A DNA stretch of 64,000 nucleotides from assembly GCA_048499955.1 (NCBI GenBank), contig JASNYX010000001.1, positions 2,452-66,451 on the forward strand, given 5' to 3'. The DNA is from Patescibacteria group bacterium (GTDB taxonomy: Bacteria > Patescibacteriota > WWE3 > 2-01-FULL-39-13). This document shows positions 20,285 through 31,500 of this stretch, one piece after another; within the stretch, counting starts at the first letter, position 1, and every line of letters begins with the position of its first letter. The position numbers and the translations under genes were made by a program. The notes below the pieces were generated by a model. That model did not search any database and was not told where the DNA came from. It saw only the letters and a program-made list of their open reading frames with translations.

Positions 20285-22933
20285 TTAAAGCGGGAAGTTA
20301 AGGCTGATATTTTTATCAAAAACCCCTTCATATTGAATCGAGTTGTTATTGGTATTTATGGATGCAGATGGTTTGAAAACCCCGGGAACCCCAAGCGGAT
20401 AATCTAAGTTTACGGTTAGTGGAACATTACCCATAAAAGGGTTCTTTTGCGCTATTATGTGTAAATTTTTACTGTTCACGCTGTCGATTTCCGATGATTC
20501 GTAATTAAAACTTACAGTGCTGAAGCTATTTGATTTTATGATTAGCTCTGTTGAAAACATTGCTTTTCCGGAATAAGACTTCACCAAAACATTTCGTAGT
20601 ATATTTTTCTGCTCATTATCTTCAAACAAGTAGGCCTTATTCAAAAAAACTTCCTTGGGAAGCAACACTTTTACGTTTCGTACAACATCCTGTTGCCCTT
20701 TATTTTCTAAAACTATCGCTAATTCACGCGTATATTGGGCATTATCAGGTTTATTGCCTTTATATTGGAGTCTTACACTCAACAAGTCGGGATCTTCGGA
20801 TATGTTGGAAATTTCGTTGAAAGATGGTTCTATTGATACATAAAAGTAGTCGTCTCCAAGATTAAGAAGGTTACCGTCCCAGTTGTTTGAAGATAGAACG
20901 CTTCTGATTTGTTCGCTTTTATGGTTAAGTACCATCTTTTTAGAGGCGAGGCTTTGGAGAAGCATATTAGTTAGGTCAAATGTCATTCTTTCAGGTAGGC
21001 TTTCAATTAATTCTTTAAAATTCTTTGTCGGATCATTACCGGTATTTAGCTTTTGGCTCAAAGAAAGAAGAAAAGCTTCATCGATTAAAAGTACACCATC
21101 TACTGTTTCTCCTTTTGCATCTTTATATATTTGATAACCTTTTCCTGCCATATTACTGATATTCAGTTCTTCTGCTGATTTTTCAGGTTCAAGAAAGCGG
21201 GAGACATCATCGGTATCAAAATTGTTTAATTCAAGCTGGTCTTTTAGACTCTCTAGAGGTTGTAGATCCGACGCGGTAATTTTTCTGTTGTGCAGTTGAA
21301 GGATCGAGTAACTCTTATAGTGTGGAAAGCTAAGATTTCCGGTGACTTGATATGTGATAAGCAAATATTTTTTTTCTTCGCGGAGTCCGAAAAGTTCAGG
21401 CAAATGTTTTTCCAGATCGCTAAGGGCTTTAACATTATTCTTATTTGACAAAATTTCGTTATTTATTTTATTTACCCAAGAGGTTATCCAAGAGCCTTGT
21501 GATTTTATCGAATTAATATCGTTTTCAAGTGATTGCAAAGTTTCTATAGTGGAATCAAATTCGTTTACACTTGATTCCCCCAGTACGCGGTTATCTCCAC
21601 TTCCGGAGGCGTATGAAAGCAATCCTGTGGAAAGGGATTTAATTGCACGGGCTGATTTTCTGGAGGTGCTAACGAATAATGCTAAATCGTCATTTTTTGT
21701 GTGAAAGAGGCGACTTAGGGTTTTTATAAGAAAGGGAGGATTTCCTTCCGGAATGAATTTTAAAGCGGTTGAGCTTTCTTTTTCGGATTTTAAGACTTCA
21801 TAGTTGCTCAAATACTTAATGGATTGATCAAGGTGTGCGAGTCCTCTGCTTAGTTTAAAGGTATACAAGACCGATGGAGCCGCTAGCACGGCGATCAAGA
21901 TTAAGACTAGTCCGGCTATTTTCATGTTTGCAGTTTTTCGTTTTCTGCGTTGAGGTTTATTTTCTGCGATGGCAGTTTCAAAGACGTCTTCCTTTTGTAA
22001 ATCAGGAAAATTAGACGATCCGGGTGAAGTGTATTTGTCAAAAGTATGATTGTTTAAAACATATACAGGGGTATTGTCAGGCTCATCATATATATCCTGG
22101 GGATTATTTACGGAACTTGAATCCATATCGTATTCTTCGTCGGATGTTCCCAGTGCAGGGATCCCATAGATGTCCAGTAATTCCTTTAGCCCTTTTTCAA
22201 GATCTACTATTGGGTACCAGTTTTCGGGGTAGTTGGTGTCTACGTCAGCAACCATTGTTCTTTCGTAAACATCTTCTCGGTTTGAAAAATCTATTTTAGA
22301 AGGTAGCTCATTTAGGTCGTTAATAAAGTGAGCGAGCTCTATTTCTGTTATGGATTCCTCCGGAAGAAGGGTGAGATTTCTGACTCTAGCAGTTTGGGAG
22401 GAATTAGCAATATATTCAATTGACTTTATAAGGCCATCAAGAAAATCGTTCTCATGAATTAAGTAATATTCTCTGTTGTCATTCGTAACGTTCAAGGGAT
22501 CCCCGCTTACTATTGATTCAAGAAATTCAACTAGCTTATCGCAGGTATTAAGATTTTTCCCGTAGATTTCATCGATTAAAATCTGTGATGCTTTTACTTT
22601 TACCTGTGATGTATATGTATTTATGTAATCTAGATAAAGAGCTGTTGATGATTCAGATTCGCTCGACTCTTTGTATAGGAAGATAAAAGGAACATTAAGT
22701 TTTGCAGCTAGATCAATGAGATTTCTAATTTCCAGAAGATCAGCCTCTTGTGAATTTCTCACTGTGACGCCTAGAGCTGAGTTTGTGTCGATGACCGCTC
22801 CATACGATTTATGCGGGTCAAACTTGAAACTTGTGACATTGGAAATATCTTGGGAAAGGTAGTCCTTGTCGAGTAACGTATTATGCAGGTACTCAGATAT
22901 TTTATTGTTTCCCGAGATAAGGAAGTTGTTCAT
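20285..22933 (-). CDS. Large (882 aa) single-pass membrane protein; cytoplasmic N-terminal region, extracellular C-terminal region (DUF4012-like, tentative)
   Basis: One TM helix (MKIAGLVLILIAVLAAPSVLY) after a basic RRKRK stretch; no catalytic motif recognised. Confidence 0.65.
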   Translation of the reverse strand: MNNFLISGNNKISEYLHNTLLDKDYLSQDISNVTSFKFDPHKSYGAVIDTNSALGVTVRNSQEADLLEIRNLIDLAAKLNVPFIFLYKESSESESSTALYLDYINTYTSQVKVKASQILIDEIYGKNLNTCDKLVEFLESIVSGDPLNVTNDNREYYLIHENDFLDGLIKSIEYIANSSQTARVRNLTLLPEESITEIELAHFINDLNELPSKIDFSNREDVYERTMVADVDTNYPENWYPIVDLEKGLKELLDIYGIPALGTSDEEYDMDSSSVNNPQDIYDEPDNTPVYVLNNHTFDKYTSPGSSNFPDLQKEDVFETAIAENKPQRRKRKTANMKIAGLVLILIAVLAAPSVLYTFKLSRGLAHLDQSIKYLSNYEVLKSEKESSTALKFIPEGNPPFLIKTLSRLFHTKNDDLALFVSTSRKSARAIKSLSTGLLSYASGSGDNRVLGESSVNEFDSTIETLQSLENDINSIKSQGSWITSWVNKINNEILSNKNNVKALSDLEKHLPELFGLREEKKYLLITYQVTGNLSFPHYKSYSILQLHNRKITASDLQPLESLKDQLELNNFDTDDVSRFLEPEKSAEELNISNMAGKGYQIYKDAKGETVDGVLLIDEAFLLSLSQKLNTGNDPTKNFKELIESLPERMTFDLTNMLLQSLASKKMVLNHKSEQIRSVLSSNNWDGNLLNLGDDYFYVSIEPSFNEISNISEDPDLLSVRLQYKGNKPDNAQYTRELAIVLENKGQQDVVRNVKVLLPKEVFLNKAYLFEDNEQKNILRNVLVKSYSGKAMFSTELIIKSNSFSTVSFNYESSEIDSVNSKNLHIIAQKNPFMGNVPLTVNLDYPLGVPGVFKPSASINTNNNSIQYEGVFDKNISLNFPL

Positions 22934-23049
22934 GGCAGGTGTTCAATTGTATGTATTAGTAAGTTTTCAGATTTAAATCTTGATTTAGTTTATCAACTTC
23001 TGCTCAAATATTGTATATCCGAAAAAGATGAATATACTTAGGTAGTCTT

Positions 23050-23469
23050 ATGGAACAATACAACTTATTCACAGATGGCGGATCTAGGGGTAACCCGGGG
23101 CCTGCAGCAATCGGAGGCTGTGTAGTCTCTTTAAATGGCGAGATCTTATTCACTTTCAAAGAATTCATCGGAATAACTACGAACAACGCGGCAGAGTACA
23201 AGGCATTAATTAACGGTCTTATGTTATCTCTAGATAACGAAATTAAAGAATTATCATGTTTTCTTGACAGCGAATTGGTGGTTAAGCAACTCAATGGGCA
23301 ATATAAAGTTAAAAGCCCCGATATCAAGATTTTGTATGATGAGGTAAAAACATTGTCCCGGAAATTTTCAAAGTTAAGTTTTTCACATGTTCCAAGATCA
23401 AAAAATTCTGTGGCAGATAAATTGGTCAACGAGGCATTGGATGCGGAACTTAAAGGATACAAAAATTAA
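23050..23469 (+). CDS. rnhA: Ribonuclease H (RNase HI-like)
   Basis: FTDGGSRGNPGPAAIG active-site start, TNNAAEYKALI, C-terminal SKNSVADKLVN; 139 aa. Confidence 0.85.
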   Translation: MEQYNLFTDGGSRGNPGPAAIGGCVVSLNGEILFTFKEFIGITTNNAAEYKALINGLMLSLDNEIKELSCFLDSELVVKQLNGQYKVKSPDIKILYDEVKTLSRKFSKLSFSHVPRSKNSVADKLVNEALDAELKGYKN

Positions 23470-23522
23470 CTTTTGATATGGTATCTTGTAATCAGGAAAT
23501 AACTTCTGTTAATATTCAGTTA

Positions 23523-25316
23523 ATGCCAATATTGAACAAAAAAATCAGACCCCCTTTTTATTTTTTAGTACTGTCTGCCTTTGTGCTGTTGTTGTTAGGC
23601 AGCAGTAGTCCTGCAAATGCCCAATACACAACCGGAAACATAGTGAGGAATGGAGGATTTACCGGTAGTGTAAGCGATTGGAATTTCAACACAGATACGG
23701 GAGATACATTTACGGTGTTAAAAGGTGGATATCAGGATAGTGACGTAGGAAGAGTAACAATAAAGGCAACGCCTTCAAGCACTCAGGCGAAAGCTCAGGT
23801 ATATCAATTTGGGATGACGTTAAGAGCTCAGACCGAATACACTTTGAGATTCATGGCAAGGTCATCAAGAGCACATAACATAGGGACAGCAGTACACAAC
23901 CATGATTCACCATATACGAACTATGGATTATCAGAGACGGTTGCTTTGACTACAGGATGGAAAGAGTATGTATATAAGTTTAGGACAACGAATAGTTCAT
24001 CGGTAAGTAATGCAAGAGTGAGATTTTTAATGAGTGGCTCAAGAGCGGGAGATACTATAGATATAGAGGGCGTGTATTTAGGTTTAAGTTCACAGGCAAT
24101 GATAACGCCGACACCAACTCCAACTCCAACGCCCACCCCAATTCAATCATCGAAGAGGAGTGTAAGCGGATTACAAGCACTTTACTACTTCACTGAGAAA
24201 ACAGGTAAAGTGATTTACGATAGATCCGGAAATGGTGTTGATTTGAACATTTCAGTTGATACTTCTGTGGCATGTACAGTTGATGGAGCTTTAAGGCTCT
24301 ACGACAAAACCGAAGTTGCCGCTATTCCGGAAAAAGCCGCGAGATTGTCGAACGCAATTAAACAATCCGGGGAATTCACACTTGAAGCTTGGGTAAAACC
24401 CGGAAGCTTAGGTCAGGGGTGGAATATCGTTGGATTAGCTAATCATGGAGACGATGTAAATTTCGCACTGCGACAAATTCCTACGGATTTCTATTCTTTA
24501 AGACTCAGATCTTCTGAGACGAGTGCGAATGGCCTTCCCGCATATAACTCAACAAGAAAGGTTACAGCTAATAATTACGATCATTTAGTGGTTACCAGAA
24601 ATAAATCCGGTATGGTGACCTATTATATAAATGGCACGAAAGTAAATGAAGCGACTGTTGGAGGAAATCTTTCAAATTGGGGCAATGGGTTTAGATTTAT
24701 GTTAGGTGATATAACCGGTGATAATCTTGGTAATGTATCTATCTTACCGGTTTCAACACCAACTCCGACGCCTACACCTACGCCTAGTGCGACACCAAAC
24801 CCTACTGTTACGCCGACACCTACTCCGACGCCTACACCTAGTGGAGTTCAGGCAGTTGGGACAAATTTAATGCCGAATCCCGGATTTGAGTCATCATTAG
24901 GTAGTGACTATGGAAACCATGGAAGTGCAGTTTTTACACATGATAGTGTCAGAAATCGCACGTCCGGAGGCAAGAGATCGTTAAAGATAGTTTCAAATGA
25001 TACCGGATTAACAAGATGGTATAACGCGATTACTAGAGTTACAGCCATTCCTGAATCTAGATATGAGGCTAAAGTTTATGTGAACGTTGCAAGCTTATCC
25101 AATAACGTCAAACTATCCGTTACTTATTGGGATAAAGATCGTGTTTACATAAAAACCTTTGAATCCACTCCTATTGTAAAGACAACAGGAAGTTCATGGG
25201 CATTACTAACGGTTAACTCTACGGCACCAACAAACGCCGCTTATGCCAGACTCGAAATGAGGCTAACCGGTAAAGGTACTGTTTACTTTGATGATATTTC
25301 GTTCGTACCCAGGTAA
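23523..25316 (+). CDS. Secreted multi-domain protein: signal peptide, N- and C-terminal carbohydrate-binding-module-like domains, central LamG/concanavalin-like domain, (Thr-Pro)n linkers
   Basis: Signal peptide MPILNKKIRPPFYFLVLSAFVLLLLGSSSPANA (start moved to 23523 from the track's 23478); CBM4/9-like NGGFTGSVSDWNF and PNPGFESSLGSDYGN; TPTPTPTPTP linkers. Confidence 0.7.
   Translation: MPILNKKIRPPFYFLVLSAFVLLLLGSSSPANAQYTTGNIVRNGGFTGSVSDWNFNTDTGDTFTVLKGGYQDSDVGRVTIKATPSSTQAKAQVYQFGMTLRAQTEYTLRFMARSSRAHNIGTAVHNHDSPYTNYGLSETVALTTGWKEYVYKFRTTNSSSVSNARVRFLMSGSRAGDTIDIEGVYLGLSSQAMITPTPTPTPTPTPIQSSKRSVSGLQALYYFTEKTGKVIYDRSGNGVDLNISVDTSVACTVDGALRLYDKTEVAAIPEKAARLSNAIKQSGEFTLEAWVKPGSLGQGWNIVGLANHGDDVNFALRQIPTDFYSLRLRSSETSANGLPAYNSTRKVTANNYDHLVVTRNKSGMVTYYINGTKVNEATVGGNLSNWGNGFRFMLGDITGDNLGNVSILPVSTPTPTPTPTPSATPNPTVTPTPTPTPTPSGVQAVGTNLMPNPGFESSLGSDYGNHGSAVFTHDSVRNRTSGGKRSLKIVSNDTGLTRWYNAITRVTAIPESRYEAKVYVNVASLSNNVKLSVTYWDKDRVYIKTFESTPIVKTTGSSWALLTVNSTAPTNAAYARLEMRLTGKGTVYFDDISFVPR
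24103..24150 (+). repeat. (ACN-CCN)n tandem repeat encoding a TPTPTPTPTPTP linker
   Basis: acgccgacaccaactccaactccaacgcccacccca read directly; a second longer tract at 24755-24846. Confidence 0.7.
24755..24846 (+). repeat. Second Thr-Pro-rich tandem-repeat tract (TPTPTPTPTPSATPNPTVTPTPTPTPTPS)
   Basis: Degenerate hexanucleotide repeats acn-ccn x ~15 within the same CDS. Confidence 0.7.
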
Positions 25317-25442
25317 GAATAACGCCAGGTACTGAAAATTCTTAATAGCTCCTTCCCGGTGAAAGCCGGGAAAGAGTTCCCCGATCACAGATTTCATAAA
25401 AAAGTTATGTTGTTGAAATTTTGCTACAATTAAATAGTAATT

Positions 25443-26039
25443 ATGAAATCAAGACTCCCTGCTGCTCCACAAGGGGTAACCCTTATAGAGCTCATGATTG
25501 CCATTGCTATCATCATATTGCTTACCGCAATTACAGTCCCCGGTTTTAGCGGATTTGCCCGATCCAGGGAATTCCAAAGATCTTCAGATACCTTCATTGC
25601 CGACCTCAGATCAACCCAAGGGAAAGCCCAGTCAGGAGTTCGATATGCAACCGGTGGTTTTATGAATCATGCTGACGACACTTGGGGACTTACTTTTTAC
25701 TGTTCACCGAGTTCAGGGCAAACCGGTAAATACGATATTATTTATAGGTTCAATGATCCCAACGGTGACGGATCCACTGCGGATAGGCGTACGGAAATTG
25801 TTGCTTCAAGGGTATTAGACGGAAAATCGCTTGCGAATCCCGAACTCTCCGAATTCTTATTTCAATGCTCTCCTGCCGGATTTAGAATCCTATATTTTGA
25901 AAGACTAACGGGTTTAGGGTGGCGTGGTTTTGGTAATTTTAGTTCTGCCTCATTTGTCACATTTCAAATAAGAGACCGTATTTCCAACCGCACACGAAAC
26001 ATAACTATTAATCGTAATGGGAAGTTTGAAGTAAATTAA
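25443..26039 (+). CDS. Type IV prepilin-like protein (pseudopilin/minor pilin)
   Basis: Class III signal: short basic leader ...PQG then VTLIELMIAIAIIILL with Glu at +5. Confidence 0.7.
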   Translation: MKSRLPAAPQGVTLIELMIAIAIIILLTAITVPGFSGFARSREFQRSSDTFIADLRSTQGKAQSGVRYATGGFMNHADDTWGLTFYCSPSSGQTGKYDIIYRFNDPNGDGSTADRRTEIVASRVLDGKSLANPELSEFLFQCSPAGFRILYFERLTGLGWRGFGNFSSASFVTFQIRDRISNRTRNITINRNGKFEVN

Positions 26040-26053
26040 TTATAATAGGTTTA

Positions 26054-26590
26054 ATGCCGAATACTGCTGATTTTAAATTGATCAAGAAAAACTTAAAGGG
26101 TATAACAATAGTCGAGGTTCTTATTTCGGTTACTTTGGCTGTTATGGTAATTACAGCATTAATGGTTTTGAGTGCCGCTACCACAAAAATCAACTCATCG
26201 TCTTTAAGAAGAGTGCAAGCAACTCGTATTGCGACTTTGGCACTAGAGGCAGTTAGATTTTATAGAGATAAAGAATCATATAATGCATTTCCATCGGGAA
26301 CTGTATGCTATACGGTTCCTCAGGACCTTTTGGATCCGACTAAAGCAGATGTTGAAGCATTACCCGGTAATGCAAATACTCCGATTGTTTTGACTGATTG
26401 CTCTACCTTTGCTGATGTACAACTCGAAGGCGCGAGTTTTCAAAGAAAAATCCAAGTTAACCCTGAGGTTTCCGGCTCGAGTTCCAGAAGAATAACAGTA
26501 ATCGTTCGGTGGGAAGAATCTGTCGGTACGAATGAGGGTGGAACTTTTTATCAACAAGTGGCTTTAAATACTATTTTAGGAAATTGGTAA
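26054..26590 (+). CDS. Type IV prepilin-like protein (minor pilin)
   Basis: Leader ...KKNLKG then ITIVEVLISVTLAVMVI, Glu at +5. Confidence 0.7.
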   Translation: MPNTADFKLIKKNLKGITIVEVLISVTLAVMVITALMVLSAATTKINSSSLRRVQATRIATLALEAVRFYRDKESYNAFPSGTVCYTVPQDLLDPTKADVEALPGNANTPIVLTDCSTFADVQLEGASFQRKIQVNPEVSGSSSRRITVIVRWEESVGTNEGGTFYQQVALNTILGNW

Positions 26591-27159
26591 TGATACATTA
26601 CATTGCAAAAAATAAAAAAAGAGCATTTACCCTTATAGAAATGACTATGGCCATTGGACTACTTGCCATGTCCCTTAGTATTACAGGAGGTGTTCTTCTT
26701 TCGGTTGTGAAAAATTTTCAAAAGCAAAATGCTCTCAAAGAGGTTGAGCGTAACGGTGACTTTGTAATTAAGTTACTTGAAGAAAACGTTCGGAAAGCCA
26801 GCTATATATATGTTGATCCAAGCAATTATATGCTTTTGCATATTTCAAGTGTTAGTGGGAGCAGTTATGATGGTAAGTATATAGGGTTTGTAGATCATGC
26901 AGGAACTCCGGACTGCAATGGAAATGATAATTATATGTTTAGTACTTTGGATAGCCTAACCGGACACACTGATAACGCCAATAAAATCACAAATGATACT
27001 CCGGATGGTGTGTTTATTGATCCAAGCACCTTCGAAATAAGAGTGTTTGATCAATTTAAGCCTACTCAGGTATTTGTGCGAATAATAATGCATAGCTGTG
27101 CTGATCCCACAGTTAGTAAAGATTTCCAAACTTTCATTACTGCCAGAGGAACTTATTAA
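26584..27159 (+). CDS. Type IV prepilin-like protein (minor pilin)
   Basis: Leader ...KNKKRA then FTLIEMTMAIGLLAMSL (Phe +1, Glu +5); overlaps previous gene by 7 nt. Confidence 0.7.
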   Translation: MVMIHYIAKNKKRAFTLIEMTMAIGLLAMSLSITGGVLLSVVKNFQKQNALKEVERNGDFVIKLLEENVRKASYIYVDPSNYMLLHISSVSGSSYDGKYIGFVDHAGTPDCNGNDNYMFSTLDSLTGHTDNANKITNDTPDGVFIDPSTFEIRVFDQFKPTQVFVRIIMHSCADPTVSKDFQTFITARGTY

Positions 27160-27161
27160 AT

Positions 27162-27968
27162 ATGACTGATCTTTTGGGAAACAAAAACCAAATAACTCAT
27201 CCACAAGGGCAAGCAACTCTTATTTTCGTCATGGTTACCATGATTGCAGTGTTGGGGATTGCTACCGCAAGTTCGTCTCAGTCGGGCATAAATCTTAGAA
27301 ATACTGTTTATTCGGTACAATCTGAGCAAGCATTATCTTGTGCCGAAGCGGGAGTTGAGAAGCTTCTGGCTCAGTATAGTGGGACAGATACTCCTTTCGC
27401 CTTAGGGGAGGTCATTAATGATGTTGGTACACTTTCTGAAAGTGGTTGTACTTATAGCGCCAGCATACGAAATTTTCCCATTGCTGGAGTGATACACATC
27501 CGTAGACTGGAAGAAAACCATGTTCAGCAACTCGTCAATACTTCACCGGTTACTTTAAACAGTGTCAATATTTTCATGGATCCTCTAAACTCGATTCCGA
27601 CCCGATTTGGTCAGCTTGCAGTGTATATATATCAGCCAAGCGGGATAGTAAACAGAAGAATGCTCCATTGCGGGGATGTTCCTGCTCCTACAGATTTTGA
27701 AACCCCGGTGGCTCCTTCTCCGGATGGTATTTGTAGACATATCGCCTTAGGCCCCATTCCCTCAGGTTCTTTTGTGAGATTCAGAGCACTGAAAAACGAT
27801 TTTAGTATAAGAGTTGGAGGTTGGAGCCGTTCCGGTAATGGTGTTCCCACCGGCTACTACATTAGATCTATTGGAACTTCCGGGAGTGTGGAACGAACTG
27901 TTAGTGCTACCCGATTTTATAGGCAATTACCTGCTTTTTTTGATGAAGCAGTTGTAATTCTGGATTAA
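27162..27968 (+). CDS. PilX-like pilus assembly/minor pilin protein
   Basis: N-terminal hydrophobic helix then SSQSGINLRNTVYSVQSEQALSCAEAGVEKLL, resembling the PilX N-terminal motif (QA..AAEAG). Confidence 0.55.
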   Translation: MTDLLGNKNQITHPQGQATLIFVMVTMIAVLGIATASSSQSGINLRNTVYSVQSEQALSCAEAGVEKLLAQYSGTDTPFALGEVINDVGTLSESGCTYSASIRNFPIAGVIHIRRLEENHVQQLVNTSPVTLNSVNIFMDPLNSIPTRFGQLAVYIYQPSGIVNRRMLHCGDVPAPTDFETPVAPSPDGICRHIALGPIPSGSFVRFRALKNDFSIRVGGWSRSGNGVPTGYYIRSIGTSGSVERTVSATRFYRQLPAFFDEAVVILD

Positions 27969-27999
27969 CCTATAATATAAATTTATACTTGACCCTTAT

Positions 28000-28028
28000 C
28001 ACTCTCGGTGCTAGATTGACAGTGTAGT
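28000..28028 (+). promoter_or_regulatory. Sigma70-like promoter candidate upstream of hsp20 (TTGACC-17 nt-TAGATT)
   Basis: ttgacccttatcactctcggtgctagatt read directly, about 80 nt upstream of the hsp20 ATG. Confidence 0.35.
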
Positions 28029-28108
28029 TGATATTTCCAAAAAACCTAAGACGTTATGGAAATACTTCATTCCCGTATTTCCTATAATTACTTAAGGTTT
28101 TAGATCAT

Positions 28109-28537
28109 ATGATGTTAGTCAGAGATAAAAGAAACCGGCCGTTGGTGCCCTGGTTCAATTTCCCTAGTGTATTTGAAGACTTTGATCTGGATATTAGGCC
28201 CTCTGATTCAGGTCTCAATATGTGGGAAGATGATGAAAAAAATAAAATAATGGTAAGGGCAGCTTTACCCGGAATGAATGAAGACGATATAGATGTACAG
28301 GTTAAAGATGGCCTTCTTACGATAAGAGCGAATAAAGAAGACAGAACAGATAAAGAAGTCGAAGGGAAAAAAGTTCACTCATGGTCAATGAAATCAAGCT
28401 ATTACTACAGCACAGTATTACCGGGGAGTGCGAGCAACGAAGTAGATGCAAATCTTGAAGATGGAGTGCTGACTTTGGAAATCGCCAAGTCCGAAGAATC
28501 TAAGCCCAAGAAGATTCAAGTAAAAAGATCAAAGTAA
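28109..28537 (+). CDS. Hsp20/alpha-crystallin family small heat-shock protein
   Basis: ACD core: MVRAALPGMNEDDIDVQVKDGLLTIRANKE...GVLTLEIAK; 142 aa. Confidence 0.9.
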   Translation: MMLVRDKRNRPLVPWFNFPSVFEDFDLDIRPSDSGLNMWEDDEKNKIMVRAALPGMNEDDIDVQVKDGLLTIRANKEDRTDKEVEGKKVHSWSMKSSYYYSTVLPGSASNEVDANLEDGVLTLEIAKSEESKPKKIQVKRSK

Positions 28538-28548
28538 ATAAATAGTGA

Positions 28549-28579
28549 AGGGGTGCCTCTACCAAGTACAGGTGCCCCT
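28549..28579. terminator. Bidirectional hairpin terminator between convergent hsp20 and the GH5-like giant gene
   Basis: AGGGGTGCCT-tctaccaagtac-AGGTGCCCCT: a 9-10 bp stem with two G-U pairs, U-rich flanks on both strands. Confidence 0.45.
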
Positions 28580-28581
28580 CT

Positions 28582-31500
28582 TTAAAGTTTCATTGTGAGA
28601 AGCTTCTGTTCGTATTTCACTCTAATTCTTTTTAGCTCGTCCTGTACTTTTCGAGGAACTTCTTTGCTGTTTCTCAGTAAATGAGCGTTCTTTTTTGCAA
28701 GTATTTCCAATTCTGATTGTATTTGTGATTTTAATGTTGCTTTTTCTTGTGGCGTTAGGGCGTGGAGAAGAACTTCCCATTTTACTTCTTCATATTCAGG
28801 ATCATTCACAATTCTGCTATTAAATTCGTTTTCGTTATCGAATTCTATATTTTGTTTGAGGAGATTTCTTAGTTGTGAAGCATCTGATTGTAAGGTTAGC
28901 TTTTGAGGGGTCTCATTTTTTGCAGTTTGAGATGAGGTAAAGGATGTCCCGCTTCCAGTGTAACCAGGCATAAAGTCCATTGTGTCGCATAGTCCACTTT
29001 CGCCGACAGTCGCAGGAATTCTCTTTTCTTCTGACAGTGGAGGAGTAAGCATCCTTTGGTGGAGGCAGTAACCGCTCACTTGTGGCTGTTCGAATAGGTA
29101 GTACTCAACATACATAGTTCTTACGTCATCATTCGGGTTACTGAAACCTACATATTGTACTCGGTCTTCATCAAGTGCCTGTGCAGCACTTGATGCACCG
29201 GGTAAAGCCTTGTCAGTTTCAACTTTGTTAATTCCCAATGTTAGTGAGACCGCTTGTTTTGCACTCTGAGGAGTGAAATATCTATCAGTGAAATTCGGAA
29301 GGCTGAACATTGCATCATTTGCATCCATGTGTTTTAGTCCTCTGCCGACCATATCTCCTGTTAATGGATCCGGATAAGTATAGATGAGGTAATGCCTCGA
29401 ATTGAATTTACATATAACTTGGTCAGGGTCAGTTCCGATCACTGCACCTGTTGCATCATAAATAGTTCGTCCATCTTCAACATCACAATTAAGGATTGTG
29501 GATCCAACGAGGGAAGTTACTAGTCCTCCAAGCCAGCTACTTAGGTTCGGGATACTGAAATTCCAATCGGCATCATCGGAAAACGGCAATCTTTCTTCAA
29601 TTCTCGTATTTGCTCGACATTCACCATCAACACATTCTCGTGCTTCTACTAACTCGTTAGCCATAATTTTCTGACAAAGTGCAGGAGGTGCCCATGATTC
29701 ACATACCCTACAATCGATTGGAGGCAATGGTCTATCATCAACAAATTGGCAATGCTCGCCTTCGCATCTGCATGATGCGGTTTGGCTACATCCCGGAACC
29801 CAAGGGGCGTTACTATGATCAATAACAAAGTTGACTTCAAATTTTCCTTCCTGCCTTGGTGTTACAGGTACGGGGCACATATCGCTGATAGATAAGCCGT
29901 ACTGTTCCTTTTCAGTTCCGTCTGGTACATATTTAGGCATCGCACCGGATTGAATAGGACTGCTACAACTTCCGATTTTTATCCCATCAAGGAAGTATTC
30001 AACAGTCCACGAGTAATCAAATAGGTACGGACAGCTCCACGGTTGGGTATCCCAAGCTTTCACTCCATAAGAGTCACCTTTATTTTCTATAAGCAAGCTC
30101 ATATTCTGACAGCCCGGGGATGTTACGGATTGGTATGATCCGTTATTCAATTGTTCTTCATCAACCGCATTTGCGGATGATGGGTACATCAAGCTTTGAA
30201 AGTTATTTGTAGTGTTTGTAGTGTTTACTTTTGGAGGCTCGTATTGAGGCCGTTTGTTCACATTCGACAATACTTCTTCCCTACTAACGTTGGAAAATTG
30301 CACGTCACCACTATCCGCAAGTTGGTTCCCGGGAAGATAAGTTTCGTGGCGAGTGTAGTAACCCTTTCTTGTTCCACCCAACCCAAAATTTGCGAGTCTC
30401 TCTGTTACATATTCATAAAGATTTCCTGTATCTTGAAGTTCCGGAGGTTCCTCATAGAGCATTTGTCCTGTAAATGAAAACAACCTTCCAAAAGACACGC
30501 ATTCAGATTCATCTGCACCTGAATGGCAGTAAAAAGATTCACTATCTCTATCTGCGGGGTTGTACACAACATCTTTTTTCAGACATCTAAATGCAGTTGC
30601 TACATCATCTCCCGGATCAGGTTCTAGATCCGGATCGCATCCAATTCTTTGAATACAAGCGTTAAATCTTAGTACCGGCATGTCAGCCATAAGCCCATAA
30701 GTAGTTTCTCCACTCTCGGTTTTAGTACTAATTCTTCTCCATCTTTCGCTCAAACTTTCATATGTTTCCCCTGATTCCCATTCGATATCAGGTTGTTCTC
30801 CTACTCCATATGGGGGGCTATACGGCTTATAATTAGGGATATTCATAGAAAGGTAAGGGATATTTGCATGTTCCATTTTTGTTCTTTTTTGTATCGAATG
30901 AACCCCGTCGCCCATTGATCCGAACATTGATTTTGCCATTTGTGAAAAATTAGTATGATCATAAGAAGCGGTTAAACTCATTTCAGCAGAAAGCCATCTT
31001 GCTAAATCTCCAATACTATCTCCATCTTCTTTGTCGTTAACTACTGATTCAAGGCTAAAAGGCGGAAAGCCATTATGTCCAACGACTTCTCCTCTGTATC
31101 CAACCCAATCCATATCGATAGGACCTCCACAGAATTTACGATAGTCGTTCTGCATACGACACATTTCAATATTTGTAGCGTATCCTATTACGTTGCCAAA
31201 ACTATCTACGCAAGGTTGATACATCGCACATTGTATTTCGCTCACTGCATATCCCATAAAATTCCCATCTGGTGTCATGCATCTTACAAAAGAGTTTGCT
31301 AACAAAAGTGCTATTTGCTCCGGAGTTAATGGGTGACCGGCTAAATATTCAAGAAGTGCTAACCATGCCAACTTAGGTTGTAAATTAGCATCCAATAAAC
31401 CAAAACCAGGGTTTTGGGCGTCAGAAAACCCATACCACATGACAGAATTAAGTTGGCTACCGCTTAGTAATTGTTGCAAACTGAATACTTGGGCTAGCCA

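Noticed and set aside
23921-24136. Minus-strand ORF MGVGVGVGVGV...
   Set aside because: It is the mirror image of the (ACN-CCN)n Thr-Pro repeat of the real plus-strand gene. It is a low-complexity artefact
25352-25373. Perfect 8-bp hairpin CTTCCCGG-tgaaag-CCGGGAAG after the CBM protein gene, as an intrinsic terminator
   Set aside because: The stem is good but there is no downstream U-tract (it is followed by agagttcccc). It may be a structural element or a Rho-dependent site, but it is not a classical terminator
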